Shown here in pieces: positions 27,826 through 41,983 of a stretch of DNA of 64,000 nucleotides. The number at the start of each line of letters is the position of its first letter. Within the stretch, counting starts at the first letter, position 1. The position numbers and the translations under genes were made by a program. The stretch is taken from positions 83,328,001 to 83,392,000 of the forward strand of contig OX597820.1 of NCBI GenBank assembly GCA_951406725.2, given 5' to 3'. The stretch is from Octopus vulgaris (Eukaryota). Below the pieces are notes generated by a model, which did no database searches, was not told where the DNA came from, and saw only the letters and a program-made list of their open reading frames with translations.

Positions 27826-29239
27826 GCAGTACTGGCTCTATAATTCAATCCTACGTTATTACTGTTATAATTTCTGTTGCTTTATTTTTCACTTGATTGT
27901 TGTAATATTACACGTGCAGTTCCCTGAAAGAGTTATTGAGTAGTTTGGTTAATTTATAAATATTCACTCCCCCTAAATGAATTAATTTGTGTGTAGATTT
28001 TATGTATCTTATTTTATGTTTATTCTATATCATGTCTGTATTTATAATTTTCAGTTCAATTACCTATTACTAATTTCCTGATTAATTCTATCATCTAAAA
28101 ACATATATTAAGTAGTGGCAACAAGCTGAATTTTTTCTTTCCTAGAATTAATCAGTTTATGCTTAAAGTTTGTAATTCGAAAAATCTCTTCAGTACATAA
28201 TTGACATTTCTTATCTGAAATTTCATAAGCTCTGCCATTGCGTACAACCTTTCATAATTTTCCCCATTATCTTTTAACATCCATATAAATGTGAATGTAA
28301 ATATAAACCATTAAAATAGTAGTTGAATAATATTCTTAGGGCCAAAATTTACTCACACGCAGCTTTTTTAGAGCTTTGTCGCTAAATAAGTTCTTAACGA
28401 AATTGAAAACTGTTAACATTTTTGAAGAAGGCTTCTCCTTAGATACAATTTGGCATAGACTAGTAGAAAAAAGTTTACATTAAAATTTGTAGCATCGTTA
28501 TGGAAGAGTAACGCCTCCAATCAAATTTAGATCTAAATAACTTTTTTTTTATTTTAAAAGCAAAATATACTTATCTTAGCTTCAATGATAGAATAAACGT
28601 ATGAAATCTATATAAAAAATGTTGTGAGATAAAATATCATGAAAAAATATGCCAGGAAAAAAAACTGGATTTAAGTATAATCAAGGTCTTATTTTAAGAG
28701 CAAACTATATTTTTTTATTGAACTTAAAAGATAAAGATCAATTCGAGGAATTTCATTGTGTCAATCTGATGCAATGAAATTTTAAAAGAATAAAGCAATG
28801 ATTGTTTCTTTCTCAAATTTGATGGTGATAATATAGTTTTATGTTTTTTTATGAATATAGTTCTATAAGAGACTTGTAATATGCCGCCGGCATCATTGAG
28901 GTGAGGAAAAAATTATCAGCGACACCGCCAATTTGCAATTAATTTAATTACGTCATCAAAATTAATGCAATTATATCATTAAAATGAGAAAAATTAAAAT
29001 ATTATTTAGAAATTTTAGCAATCGCCTAGTCATTTTGGCATTCATTCGTTTTAACTCGAAGGTGTGTGAGCGCAGTTCAGCTGTTACCTTACAGCGTTCG
29101 GTATATTACGTAAAAAAAATTTTATTCAGTTATTTTGTGAGTGGAAACATACATTTTGTTTGAAGTCAGCATAAAGTGAAAGAGGGAAAGAAAATGGACA
29201 TGGGAGTGTGTATGTGTTGATAGGGGTTGCTAGACAGAA

Positions 29240-29401
29240 AGTGTATGTTGTGTATGTACGTATACCTGTGTGTGAGAGAGAAAGAGAGTGACAACGTAGA
29301 TCGTTATTAATTTTTCTCGATTCTTTTTCATTGAATTTGTGAGTGATTGACTGAGAGAGAGCGAAGGTGTGTGATGCTTGTATGTGTGTGTGTGTGTGTG
29401 C

Positions 29402-29444
<43 letters not shown>

Positions 29445-29965
29445 TGACAGCGTAAATTTTACTCAGCTACTTATACATACATGCAAAAATTTAATTGCCA
29501 CGAGAACACATACATTTACTCATTGACTGACCTTTCTTTCTACCTCACACGCACACATAAAAAAACATGTATACGTATGTATTTACGCCTCTACGTGTAT
29601 ACGACAGATAATGGGTATACGTATGCGTTTGTATGCATGTGTGACCGACCCTAGTCATTTTACACATACATGACAACACACCTCTCTCTCTCTGTCTCTC
29701 CGTCAATTCCTCACTCACTAACTCACTAAAAACAGATGTGAGTAAAATTAAATAAATAAACACAATTTACGCTCTCTCTCTCTCTCTCTCTCTCTCTCTG
29801 GAAACACACATCCCTCCCTCTCTCTATCTCTCTGACAACACATCTCTCTCTCAGTCAATCACTCACATACTCAAAAAAGATGCGACGAAAAAATGTACAG
29901 TGTCACTTTCTCCCTCTCGCTCACAAACACACAGACACACCAACACGAACAGCAACATACACCAT
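29240..29965. repeat. Large imperfect palindrome with microsatellite-rich arms
   Basis: Three anchor pairs are symmetric about ~29605: GTGTATGTTG/CAACATACAC, GAGTGATTGACTGAGAGAGAG/CTCTCTCTCAGTCAATCACTC and AGCGTAAATT/AATTTACGCT. Confidence 0.7.
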
Positions 29966-30104
29966 CTCTCTCTCTCTCACACACACATAGACACACACTT
30001 TAAATTTATTATTCAATTTCAATTAAGGTAAAATTTTAAATTATTAATTGACACATTATTAATTAGCATAACAGCATAGCCTGGAAAACAATGATTACAT
30101 AGCA

Positions 30105-30818
30105 AAATACGAGCATGAGAAACACTATTCTTAAGATTATAAAAGTACAGGATAAGTTATTACACTTGGAAAAGTTCAGGACGAGTTATTACATCTGGTA
30201 AAGTACAAAATAAAGGAATCATTATTTTGTTTAAATACTGACACACTAGAATACTTAAAAAAAGGAGAGCCAGAAGTATCAATATATCTATAAAGTTTTA
30301 TACAAAGTAGAATAGTGTATATGGCAGGCAAATTCATTATACAAAAAATCGGCATTTGGTCAAGACTAGAAATGTGAAGTCTTAGCAATAACTAAGGCAG
30401 TAAGTCAAGCAAATTTTAATGTGAATTTGTCGTTATATTCTATCTATTTATCGTACTAACTAATTATGTACTACTGTTGCTTTTTATAACCTATTTTCAA
30501 ATTTCTAATTATTAATTAATAATTAAAAAAAAATTAATTGTGTTATTTTTATATTTTGATAATAATAACAAGTAACAAGAAATAGAAGTAATAACTTGTA
30601 ATATTTTTTTTTAGTTTTAATAAAATCTATTACTTTCTAAATCTAAATATTTTAATTGAAATTTTATCCTTAACTGCAATGTTTTAAGTAGCAATATTCT
30701 TGTTCTGTACTTTAACAGGCGTAAATAACATGTCCTGAACTTTTCCAAGTGTAATAACGTATCCTCTTCATTTCCAGGTTTATAATCTTAGGACTATAAT
30801 TTCTCTTGCTCGCATTTC
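30105..30818. repeat. MITE/foldback-like segment with ~85-bp imperfect terminal inverted repeats
   Basis: GTTATTACACTTGGAAAAGTTCAGGAC (~30156-30182) pairs with GTCCTGAACTTTTCCAAGTGTAATAAC (~30732-30758). The match extends outward through TAAGATTATAAA/TTTATAATCTTA and CGAGCA/TGCTCG. Confidence 0.8.
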
Positions 30819-31133
30819 CCCATGTAATATCAACGAATATGCAAACGAACACACACGCTCACACAAAATATAGACATGCTTTTATATTAGTCTAAACGTA
30901 CGCAGAAATATATATGCGTTACCGCTCACATAAACGTAACCATATAATGTTATATAATATAACTACGAATACATGTCTAAATATAAATAAAAGTATAATT
31001 ACTTTAATAAACATATACTAATATGCGTATATACTTACGAAACTAATAAAGTAAGTTAAGAAGGGAACACACACACACAAACACACTCACACACACACAT
31101 ACACACACATATACACACATATATATATATATG

Positions 31134-33638
31134 TTTCTTTATTAGCCACATAGGGCTGCACACGGACGGGACAGATTACAAAGTAGAGCTTTTCTTTTGG
31201 GGGAGGAAAACAATTGGGGTAGGTGTTCGATCAATAGGGATCGTGCATCACAGAGTCATGATGTAAAGTTAAAGGGGGAAGCAGATAAGGTTTATCCGTG
31301 GAAAGAAAAGCCTCCGGAAAAGACTACGGTAACCTCAGTCAATAATGTCACATGTTAACACATTTATTTGCAAGTAGGTAACTCTCTGTTTTAAATTTTT
31401 CCGGGTTCATAGGATTATGCTCAAGGTGGGTTCGTTATTCATACATGCCATCCTTGCTACGTTCACCCATCATTTTTTAAAACATTCGCTAGACAAAACT
31501 TGCCTCTCTACTCTCACTTTCCTATTCAAGTGATACTTGAAGAGGTTGATGAGAGATTGACCAGAGAGGAAAATGTTTGTCTCCAATCCTTTCGGATGTG
31601 TCTACCAGATACATTCTTTCGCCATAGCAACAAGAATGATGAAAATAGCTCTACCTTCCCGCTTGTAGAAAGGAGGCGTGACAATATTGATGATAGACTC
31701 GGCTGATAAACCGACTCGTCCCACACGTGACAGCAGTCGTTCGACATAAGCCCACAGGTCGGAAATTGTTGGACATTACACGAGTGCGTGCAGAACGGTT
31801 TCGTCGCTCTGACCGCATCTCGGAGAGGTCGGCCCTGTGTTTCTCGAGCCGTGTCTGTAGAGTTTATCCCGAACGGGTAGCGCTTCTCGGTAGCACTGCC
31901 AGGCCAGGGATCTCTGGAAGTTGTCAATGGGCCCTGGCCCGAAAGTCATCCTGAAACAGGCGGGTCAGGTATTCTTCGTCGACGTCCTAGTTCGCCCCGA
32001 GCTCGTCATCGTACCTCACCTCCACTAATCCCCTATAGAATGCTTTGGTTCTGTTGAAGTCACTGAAGATCGTCCCGGGACGGCATAGATGATTGAGAGC
32101 AACGCGACACTCGTGGTGCCATTCGTCCTTCCTCGGCCTCTTTTTGATCCACAACTGCAGTTCGGTCATGGAGACGAGTTGCGAGAAGGTGTGCCTCACA
32201 AACGGCGACCACAGCTGTTTACCGTTGTCTACGTAGAGCCTCAGATATCACAGTCTCAGCGCATGTTTGCGCATCATCAACCACGGCATGCCCAGTCCTC
32301 CTTTTAACGGGTGTTGACAGCAAATAGATCGCCTGACCATCGGGACCTATCCTCTCCACAGTAAGCGAAAGAGAATGCGTTCTAATTTAGTGATGTTAGG
32401 GTCGGAACAAAGCACGACGATCAGGCGGTAGTAGATGACGGATGCGATGTTTGAGTTCACCACCTCCGCCTGACCTTTTAGGGACAGTTTCCTCTCGGCC
32501 CATTGCCGGGCGAGAGTGAACGCCCTACTCGTTATCTCGTTCCAGTTTTTCTCCGTTTGGAGGTCCGGACCAAACCAGACCCCTAGCAACTCGACCGGAC
32601 CGTCGGTCCAGCGTCCCACGATGGAGGCGTTGGTAGACGGCATGGGCTTGTTTCTCCAGGTGCCGAGCCGCAAGCCCACTGATTTTTCCCGGTTGATTTT
32701 CGCTCCTCTCACCGCTTCGTAGTCTTTCAGTGTCTCGCCAACCAGCTCGATGTGCTCGTAGCTAGACACTATGACGGTGACGTCGTCCGCGTATGCAGAC
32801 ACGCTCGTCCTGCATCCCAATTCTCGCGGGATGCCCCTCAGAGTTGCCAGCTTCCGCAATAAAATCTCGAGAGACAATACGCTGAGAAGTGACGAGAGGG
32901 GGCATCTCTGACGGACCGAACGTGCAATGTTGAAAGGTGTCGATAGATGTCCATTAACGCGAATTACCGAACGGATACCTCTGTACTAAGCGGTTATACA
33001 ACCGCGGAAGATGGAACTGAAACCAGCTGCTCTGAGGACAGCCTCCAAGTATCGATGGTCTACCCTATCGAAAGCTTTCGATTGATCCAAATTGATCAAG
33101 GCCCCACCAATGCCAGGTTCCTTAACTTCTCTGTCTATGATGTAGCGCATCAGATGAAGGTTTTCATGGATGCTCCGGCCCGGCACGGAGCACGATTGCG
33201 CATTCTCGACCAGTTTCTCGATGACAAGCGCCAACCTCTTGGCTAACACTTTGGCCAAACTTTTCAAGTCTGCATTAAGCAGAATGATTTGCCTAAAGTT
33301 ATCTATTACATCCCCTTTGTTTAGATCTTTCCTCAGCAGTGTTACGGCTGCTCGGCTCACAAAACCAGGGATGCTCCCGTTTTGCTGCCAGTTGCAGTAC
33401 ACCGCTGCTAAGACGTCTCCAAACAAGTCTGGCATACAACTGTAAAGCTCGTAGGGTAGACCATCCAAAGCTGACGATTTGTCCCTCGAGCAATCTGCGA
33501 TCGCGTCCCGCACTTCCACCACTGTGATGGCACCTTCGCAGCGCCCTTCCTCTCTTGTCGAGAGTCGTGGCAGGCTGTGTAGGTAGGCACTGAAGTCCAC
33601 CCTATGTTCTTGCCCGCCACTCGTCCCGAAGAGTCCTT
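31134..33638 (-). mobile_element. 5'-truncated Tx1-clade LINE: RT, zinc knuckle and 3' UTR; pseudogenised
   Basis: KSSALDGLPYELY, NFRQIILLNADLKSLAKVLAKRL, LINLDQSKAFDRVDH, SVRQRCPLSSLL, SAYADDVTV and CPRCGQSDETVLHALVQC. Ends GTGGCTAATAAAGAAA and sits between (AC)n-rich flanks. Visibly more GC-rich than its surroundings. Confidence 0.92.
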
Positions 33639-33845
33639 TCAGATAGAAACACACAAACACACACACGCACTCATACACACACGCTATCTCTCTCGCTTTC
33701 TCCCCATTCCTAACCCTCATGTACTATCTTATATCTCTCTCCACCCCATACACACTCAATAATACTATAAAAAGAGAGAAAATTCCTGCAAAAGTTCAAT
33801 TTGACAACTCCACTAGAGTGGATGAATGCGCTATTATATGATATA

Positions 33846-34151
33846 TCTTTATATATAAAATTGAAGTTGTGTGTGTGAGAGTTTGTCTCCTCCGATTTAG
33901 ATTCCTAACTACTCCCATATTTTGCGTTGCAGTTTAACCAAAAGCGAGTATCTTATAGTCGTCATTCATATCGAGCCCTTCTGGGTATTAGCGCCCGTCT
34001 ACGATGAGTCTACGATTTGAAAAAAAATTACCATAATTTTTCAGCATTTTTAATGATTTTTGCTCGGGTTATATAAGGGAAGTAACTCTCTAAAAATGCC
34101 TATATAGTTATTTCCCTTACAAACCCGGGCAACGCCGGGCGATACTGCTAG
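33846..34151 (+). mobile_element. Non-autonomous mini-Helitron with both termini (306 bp)
   Basis: A|TC 5' end, subterminal hairpin CCCGGGCAACGCCGGG (34124-34139), 3' CTAG|T, and no TSD. Confidence 0.85.
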
Positions 34152-34155
34152 TGAT

Positions 34156-34290
<135 letters not shown>

Positions 34291-34404
34291 GTACGTGTAT
34301 ATATGCATTAGTATATATAAATATATACACATAATTATATGTATATATTTGTTTTATATATATATGTATATATGCATGTATGTATGTATGTATCTCACTC
34401 TATC

Positions 34405-34475
<71 letters not shown>

Positions 34476-35483
34476 CAGAATTTGTCACATTTAAGATGTA
34501 TACGAGAATTGTTTTCTCAACCTATAAAACAATAAATACGCACCATCTGGTATTTCTGATAAAGCAAGTAATGAACTTATGACATTGAATGAAATTGCAT
34601 ACATTTTCTTAAAGAATAAGTAGTCATGTATAGTGACTACAGATATCCTTATACATGAATTTAAAAGTTTTGTTTGTAGAATCGGATGTCTAAAAATTAT
34701 GGTAAAATCTGATTTTACAGGATTACACATCGTGTTATTAAATGCTCCTCATGAAGCATGCGTGTTGCTCCAGTACACGTAAAATAATTTAATGACCCTA
34801 TATTTACGCGGAAATCTATGTGCATCGTTATGTTATAATATATAGTTCATTACGATGCATTATTCAAACAAGGAAGATTTTTTTTAAGAAATGTTAGTGT
34901 GTAAGTAGAAATTGAATATAGATTATCGAAAATATGAAATATTGCATTCAATCACCGTTTCATAAGTTTATTTCAAGGTGGCAAAATAAATTCTCCCAAG
35001 TAATGTTTTAAAACAAATCAAAATGCGTTGAAGGATATGATAGAGTGACTTCCTAAACGGACACAATAGGAACTATTTAGAGAAGACTGTATGCACACGC
35101 ATTATTGAATATTGTTTTAGAGAAAGCATGAATGAGAAAGCTAACACGATATGCACGTAACAATGGATGTAAACTCTATTCCACGAAATAAGTGAAATAC
35201 ATTGCCTGGTGATCCAATGATAATGTCAAACAGCACGTTTTATAATGTTATATATAAGCAATAATCCTTTTTACTATAGGCACTATGTCCTGAATTTTGG
35301 GTTTGTGTGTGTGTGGGGTCAATTGCAACAAACCCGTTACTTGACTGGTATGTCTTCTATTAACGCTAAAAGAATGAAAGTGTCAATACAAGTGAGTGTA
35401 TGTGCGTGAGTATGTGTGTATGTGTTTGTATTATGTGTGTGCGTGTGTGTGAAAGAGAGAGAGAGAGTATATTTACACAGGAG

Positions 35484-35925
35484 AGTGGGCTGAAACGTTC
35501 ATAGGCTATGAAGAAATGATACTATAACTATGAAATCCTATATGCATTAATTTCAACGCCTGTTATAAATAACCACATCGTTTCTATCCATATGCGTAGA
35601 CCTCTGACTCTTCAAAGAAAATTTCAGATTAACTAGTAGCGACTTAGCTTGTTAGATTGGCAGCTGCAAAATGAATAAATAAATAATATAAATAAATAAA
35701 AAAGGAGTTTCGCTTGGAACTAGTATTGCAATGATGATGGCGTTATAGTTCTTATTGAGTATTTTCAGCAACGGAATGAAAGCTTTTTCACCAATAGGAT
35801 TGAAGCACTGCGACACCTATGGAAGCAGTATATGTGGACCACAAGGGGAGTTATGTCGAAAACATTTCTTTGCATACATTTCATGAGAGTATCTTGGTTA
35901 GCCAATGATATTATTAGCCGACACT
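35484..35925 (+). mobile_element. Internally deleted mariner element with decayed TIRs
   Basis: C-terminal relic NDDGVIVLIEYFQQRNESFFTNRIEALRHLWKQ..DHKGSYVE. Imperfect TIRs AGTGGGCTGAAACGTTCATAGGCT and AGCCAATGATATTATTAGCCGACACT. Confidence 0.7.
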
Positions 35926-37742
35926 TTTACGTACTACATATAAATATACATACTACTTTTTGCATGTTTTCTCATTTATGTACATACATATATGTGTGTG
36001 AGAGAGTATTTATAGGTGTATCTATGCGTGTGATAGAGTATCACGGAATCGATGAGACTGCCTGCTGCTGTTGAATATCGTTAGCCGAAAGGCACTTTCC
36101 CGTATTGTTTTAGCATTGACGTCACCTCACTAGCTCAACGAGCAGGGCAACATTCGATCTGAACGTAATGCCAGCCATCAAAATTTCCAGCTGTGGAGAC
36201 TAGCGTAATGTGAAATGTAGTGTTTTGCTGCGAGGCGTAATCAGATTGCTATTTCGACGACAATTATTATTTGGGAAATATCGCATCCGCAATAGGTAAT
36301 CCACCGTGGGGCACAGAGGACTTCGGTCACATCGTTGACGGCGAAGTAAGGTAGGGCGATGTAATATATCGATGTACATGTATATATGTATATGTACGTG
36401 TGTGTATGTGTGCAAATTAAAACATGCAAACATCCACGCACGCACGCACGCACACAGGCATACGCTCATATATATGTATCTGTGTGTACACGCATGCATG
36501 TACGCTTGTGCATCCCCCACATATATATGTATACACACATACATATATGTATAATTGTATACCAGTATATATATACATATACATATACAGTTATTCATAT
36601 GTGTACATGAATATGTGCATATATATATAAGTGGCTGTGTACATACATCTACACACATCCGCGCATGTGTATACAGGCGTGCGTGCATGTGTATGCATAC
36701 CAGTGTGTGTGTGCCGTGCGAGCATGTATGCATAAGCGCACAAATATACATACATATATATACATATGTAGGCGCGCACGCACGAACTTCCGGGAAGCAC
36801 CTGGATATCCATATATGTATGTTCCTGTGCGTATGTTTATATACACGTATGGGTAGATATAGGGGTTGAGTGTATGTTGGTAGACACACATGAACAAGCG
36901 TTGGGGATTGGTGATTGGTGTCCTACTCATGGTGGTTGGTTGGTGATGGCGAAGGTGATGCTGGTGGTGCAGTTTGTGCAGAGGAACAGCTGGAACTAAG
37001 GTGATATGTCCGGGTTGTCGGCGGCCAGTGGCTTGAAATTTGCCAGAAAAGCATACTTCTGGTGACAGCAATTGGATAAGTCATATTTCTTGTTGATGGA
37101 TACTGTGGATTGGTAGAGGATATACAGTGTTTAGCGGAAGCAGGGCTAGCAATTACAGGCGCTTAGTGAATATGGTGGAACCTTATCGATAATGATCTCT
37201 CTATACATGAGATTTGGTCCTTACACAACTGGACTCAACACTCCTTAACCATGTTCTTATATTTCATCATACACGCTCAATTTATGACTATCCGATTGAG
37301 TTATGCGACACAGACTCAATGTGGTCTCCTGAATTATTCTTCTGTAACTACCTTTCCTGATATTTTCACCATCTTTTGCATTGAAGAGAATATTAATACA
37401 TAATTATATTAATTTAATTTAATTATAATTATAATTATATATTTTTTTCATCTTTCTTATATGTTGGTGTTATCATTCGAAGAGATCGTATGCATGGTTT
37501 AACATTTTATAAAACATTTAACACCTTCTCTTCTCCATTTTTAATTGTTTGTTGTGTTTATATAGGATACGTGTTCTATAAATGCTCATAACATACCGTA
37601 TGGTTGTTATAGTTTCATATTTTTTTTATAAATACTTACATTAGAAAGCTACAATTTTAATATGAAGAATCTTTATTAGAAATCTCACTTTGGACCGCGC
37701 CAAAAAGCAAAAATGTTCTAATTGAAGTCAACCTTTCTCATA

Positions 37743-37810
<68 letters not shown>

Positions 37811-38284
37811 CATCATTCCCAGATTTTTGAAATGGCGACTGGACTATGTTCATTTGGAATTTCAATTTTATGTTAGACCAGAATAAATATTTATAAAACG
37901 TGAGTATTGCTGAAAGATTCTTCCAAACTATCGACGGTTTTTTTTTGTAAATTTACTGAAGTAATCTCTGTGAATTAAGTCTGTGTACTGTGCATGAACT
38001 ACAGGTATACTTTTTGGTCTGGCATTACGATTACTTACCACTAGACGACTAATGTAAATGAAAGTCTACGCATTATTTGACAACACATTTACTTGTCTGA
38101 TAGCTGTATTTATTTGTCTATATTTACGTATCTCATAACACTTTATTTGTTTACAAACAGTCAACTCTCATTTCTTTGTCGCAAACCAATCAATGTCTGG
38201 TCGTTTGCTGTCAGCAGACGAAACGTAAGTTCATGTTGCGTCCTTCAAAGGAAGCCGTTGAAGTGTCGTCTGTATATTCATTTC

Positions 38285-38468
38285 TATTAGAAGTACCAGC
38301 CGAACGATTTGGTGGAAGGAGACTCGTCGATCTCATCTACTCCAGTGTTTGGCCACTAAGGATGAAATGCAAATTCGACCTCTGCGGATTTTAAACTGAG
38401 AACATAAAGAAAGGCGAAATTACGCTAAGCATTTTGTCCGGCGTGCTAACTATTCTAGCAACTTACTG
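38285..38468 (-). mobile_element. Decayed tRNA-derived SINE (family A)
   Basis: AAGGATGAAATGCAAATTCGACCTC...AAGCATTTTGTCCGGCGTGCTAAC, colinear with 4207-4429. Confidence 0.75.
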
Positions 38469-39586
38469 TTTTAACTGGCCTATGTATTGAATCATGCTTG
38501 TACTGCAATTATCTTTCTATTCATAGGTCAGCAATAACTTACATCCTTATGGTTAAGTGGGAATGTTTCGAGATTTAGAAAAGGGAAATTCGAGTGTCTT
38601 GTTGATAATTTACCTTCGGAAATTAGAACAAAACCAAATGAAAAACAAACGAAACCGTATTGCAACCTCCTTTCTGTCAGGATTTAGAAGATGAACGTCT
38701 TGTAGTGGATATAGAAAACTCGGACAACATGTAGAATTTTCAGTTCTGATTGACGATTGTGTTAAACTACACTGTGTGTCATGCATACTTTGATTTAGAT
38801 GAACATGGATATGTGTGAAAGGAAATTGCTTCCTTAGCTAGTTGTGGAACATAGCCTGTGTTGAGATATCTACAGGGAACCCATTGAATGCTAGTAAGAA
38901 GTATCATGCATGTGGAAGCAAATTTGTAGAACTGTTTGAGCAGTGGTAAAAATGCCTTTAATATCCCTGCCGGTCCTTTAATTTCTGAATCTAAACAGCG
39001 TAGAGACCACCTATGTCTATCAAGGTGCAGAGTCATTAAATAGAGTGCCAGTCATGTACGGAACTGATGTAATCGACTGACCCCTACCTAATCTTAAATA
39101 CTGCTGGTTTCGTACCTAAATCAAAGATAACTAGGCCTTGAAAACTTGAAGGAAATAACATTTCACTTATAACTAATCTTTAGAATGTCTTACATAGTTA
39201 GAATCTCGTAGTTGTTTATAACATACATGTACATCGCCATACATTACATCTAAAATAAAACGCATCTAGCTTCCTTCAGATGATTTTTTTTTAAAGAATA
39301 TTTATCTCATTATTCATAGTAAAACCTTTAGAAAGGATGATGATATTTTATCATCTTGTAAAAAGTAAATACAAATATTAACTTGAAATAGTGATTCATT
39401 TTGTGTCATAACATTAAATTATGCAACACACGTCAAGTAATGTACGGCTAAAATTTATTCTTAAACGTTTTAGTTGGAATGATGAATGTATCTCATGAAA
39501 CTATTAATTTTTCTTTCATTGTTACCGCTTTTAAGATGAATTTAAACTACATAAACCTACTTTGAAATATAAACACATATACACGC

Positions 39587-39635
<49 letters not shown>

Positions 39636-40527
39636 CGTACACACACACATTCAAACATATAAAAATGCATATATTCACACTCATATATGTGCCGGCACAG
39701 ATGAACCCACCCTTTTTTTTATTATCAGTTTTTTTTTCATGTTTTTCATTGTGTTCCTCACATATTCTTTTGAATAGTAAAAATTCTAAATCCTTCATCC
39801 CGAAATCATATTTTGTGAATCGTTGCCAACATGCTTTTCCACTTTTAAGGTTGATGTGTATAACCTGAAGTAAATTTCACTGCTATTTCTAACAAGTTCA
39901 GTGATGAGACTGAACATCTAATAGAAAAGGGGAGTAAGTCTACATTGCAGAAAATGATTGCTAATATTGCCTGCATAATGGGCAACACTTAAGCCCGTAA
40001 ACGTATCGGTAAATTAAATACTGAGCAACCTGCATATCAAGGTGCACCAACCCCTTTAATAACATAGGATAGTGTCCATAACTAATGCGATGAAGCACAA
40101 AATGTTAATTCCTTATAATCTGTTATGAAACTCAAAATCATTTGTTAATATGTTCTGATCATAAAAAAGGAGACAAGCTCAAATTTATAGAGGATTTATC
40201 AAGATTAGAGTAATGACTACGTTTAATGTTTCAAGTTTCTCCTTTTCTTTTGTTTAGCATAGTTAATACAGATGGTGGACAAATCGCCAGAGACTACTTG
40301 TCAATGTGTTTATCAGATACCCAAAGCTATCTGTAGTTATTTAAGAAGGTGTAAGTGATATACGGGTAGAACAAATATTACTATATACGTTACATTTCAT
40401 TAATTGCTAATAGAATTACTTGCAAAATCTTTATAAAAATTCCAAAGAATTTTCTACTTCTAATATATTATTAAAAGAGATTCAGCAAATATTATTCTGT
40501 GAAGCTAAGCGCATAATTAAAGATACA

Positions 40528-40561
<34 letters not shown>

Positions 40562-40805
40562 AATACATACATGCATACATACATACATACATGCATACAT
40601 ACGTACATACATGCATAAATGCATACATACATACATACATATTTACACACATGTATATAATGAATGAGGTAGCCAGAAAATCATATTTCACGAGAATCTT
40701 TATTGATGACGATGATAGTTTCGACCCATCTTCGAACGGTCGCTTGCAGGTTGTATGAATAGATATACATACACACACAGACACAGACAAACAGACATAC
40801 AGACA

Positions 40806-40843
<38 letters not shown>

Positions 40844-40959
40844 TACACATACACACACTCACATATAAGTAGCGTGCGCAGGGTACTTGAGCACATACCT
40901 TTTTAGGGTTTTGCTGCCTTTTTTTGCGCTGTATATGGCAGATCCTCAGCTTACTCAAG

Positions 40960-41672
40960 AAATGATGTTATTATGGTTAAAAGCATTCTAAACGCTCTAA
41001 AATCATCAGAACACATGAATTTATCTAGAAATTGCAACGGACCATTGATTACAATCCCAGATAGTCCATGAGGTCAATTGCAAAAGATCTCGATGTGTCA
41101 GAAGAAACAATCGGAAATATTGTCCATGAAGACATCAGATATAAGTCTTATATGATGAGGAAAGGTCAATAAAAAATCTCTACACCAGATCTAAAAGACG
41201 CTTAAACAAACTGAAAAATTCCAGCAGAAGAAGGTTTGATTTAGTTTTTCCCAAACTAGAAACAAGTTGACCAAGATCAAAACGTTAACAGAATAAATGA
41301 TAAATGGTTATGTGCAGAACCTTCTGAAGTTCCAAGTGTTATGCATGGCATACAAAAGTTTCTGCAACTGTCATGGTTTAGGCGTTGTCTGCAATGAAGG
41401 ACATGTGATGCCTCCTTACGTCTTTCCACAAGACCTTAGAGTTAACTTTGCCGCCTCCATTGAGATCCTGGAAATAATTCTTGAGTTCAGGATAGACAGT
41501 GTATGCAATTGAAAGCCATATATTTTTTCAGTAAGTCTCTGCTCTATCACAAATGGCTCTAGTACCACAGGAATCGATGGTTGAAAATCTTCCTGATATC
41601 ATAACACCTAAGATTTGGCCTCCTAATTCCCCAGATATCAATCCATTGGACTATTACTTGTGGAGCGTTGTT

Positions 41673-41704
<32 letters not shown>

Positions 41705-41983
41705 TCAATGAGCACGCCCAATAACACCAAAGATTCTTTGAAAGCTGCCATCGTCAGAGCAATGTCCAAAATTAACCAGGGCCACTTAATTCGAGCATGC
41801 AGAAGATTTAGATCTGATACAGAAGCAGTTGTTGAAGTTGAAGGTGGATTTATTGAATACCTTTGTAGAAAAGAAGGTTTAATTTTAGCGGCATAGCATG
41901 CTTTGATAAATAAAATGATTATATATCTTTTTTTTTTTGTTTTATATTAACAAATCTGTCCTGAAATATGTTACGCACCCTGT
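40960..41983 (+). mobile_element. Tc1/mariner-superfamily maT (DD37D-like) transposase relic with right TIR
   Basis: SMRSIAKDLDVSEETIGNIVHEDIRYKSYMMRKGQ, GVVCNEGHVMPPYVFPQDLRVN, IWPPNSPDINPLDYYLWSVVE and LIRACRRFRSDTEAVVEVEGGFIE. Ends ...CGCACCCTGT. An (AG)n insertion lies at ~41672-41704. Confidence 0.85.

Noticed and set aside
26185-34151. One 8-kb Helitron from the 26185 TC to the 34151 CTAG that captured the Tx1 LINE
   Set aside because: The CTAG end has its own TC start at 33846, so it is more simply a separate mini-Helitron. A composite element is not excluded but is unsupported.
36280-36355. HDV-like ribozyme candidate (TCCACCGTGGGGCACAGAGG...GAC-TTCG-GTC...GGCGAAG)
   Set aside because: P1, P2 and P3 pairings required for the double pseudoknot could not be assigned.
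37280-37330. Long hairpin preceded by TTTATGA, a possible hammerhead stem II remnant
   Set aside because: Neither core box is intact and there is no GAAA.
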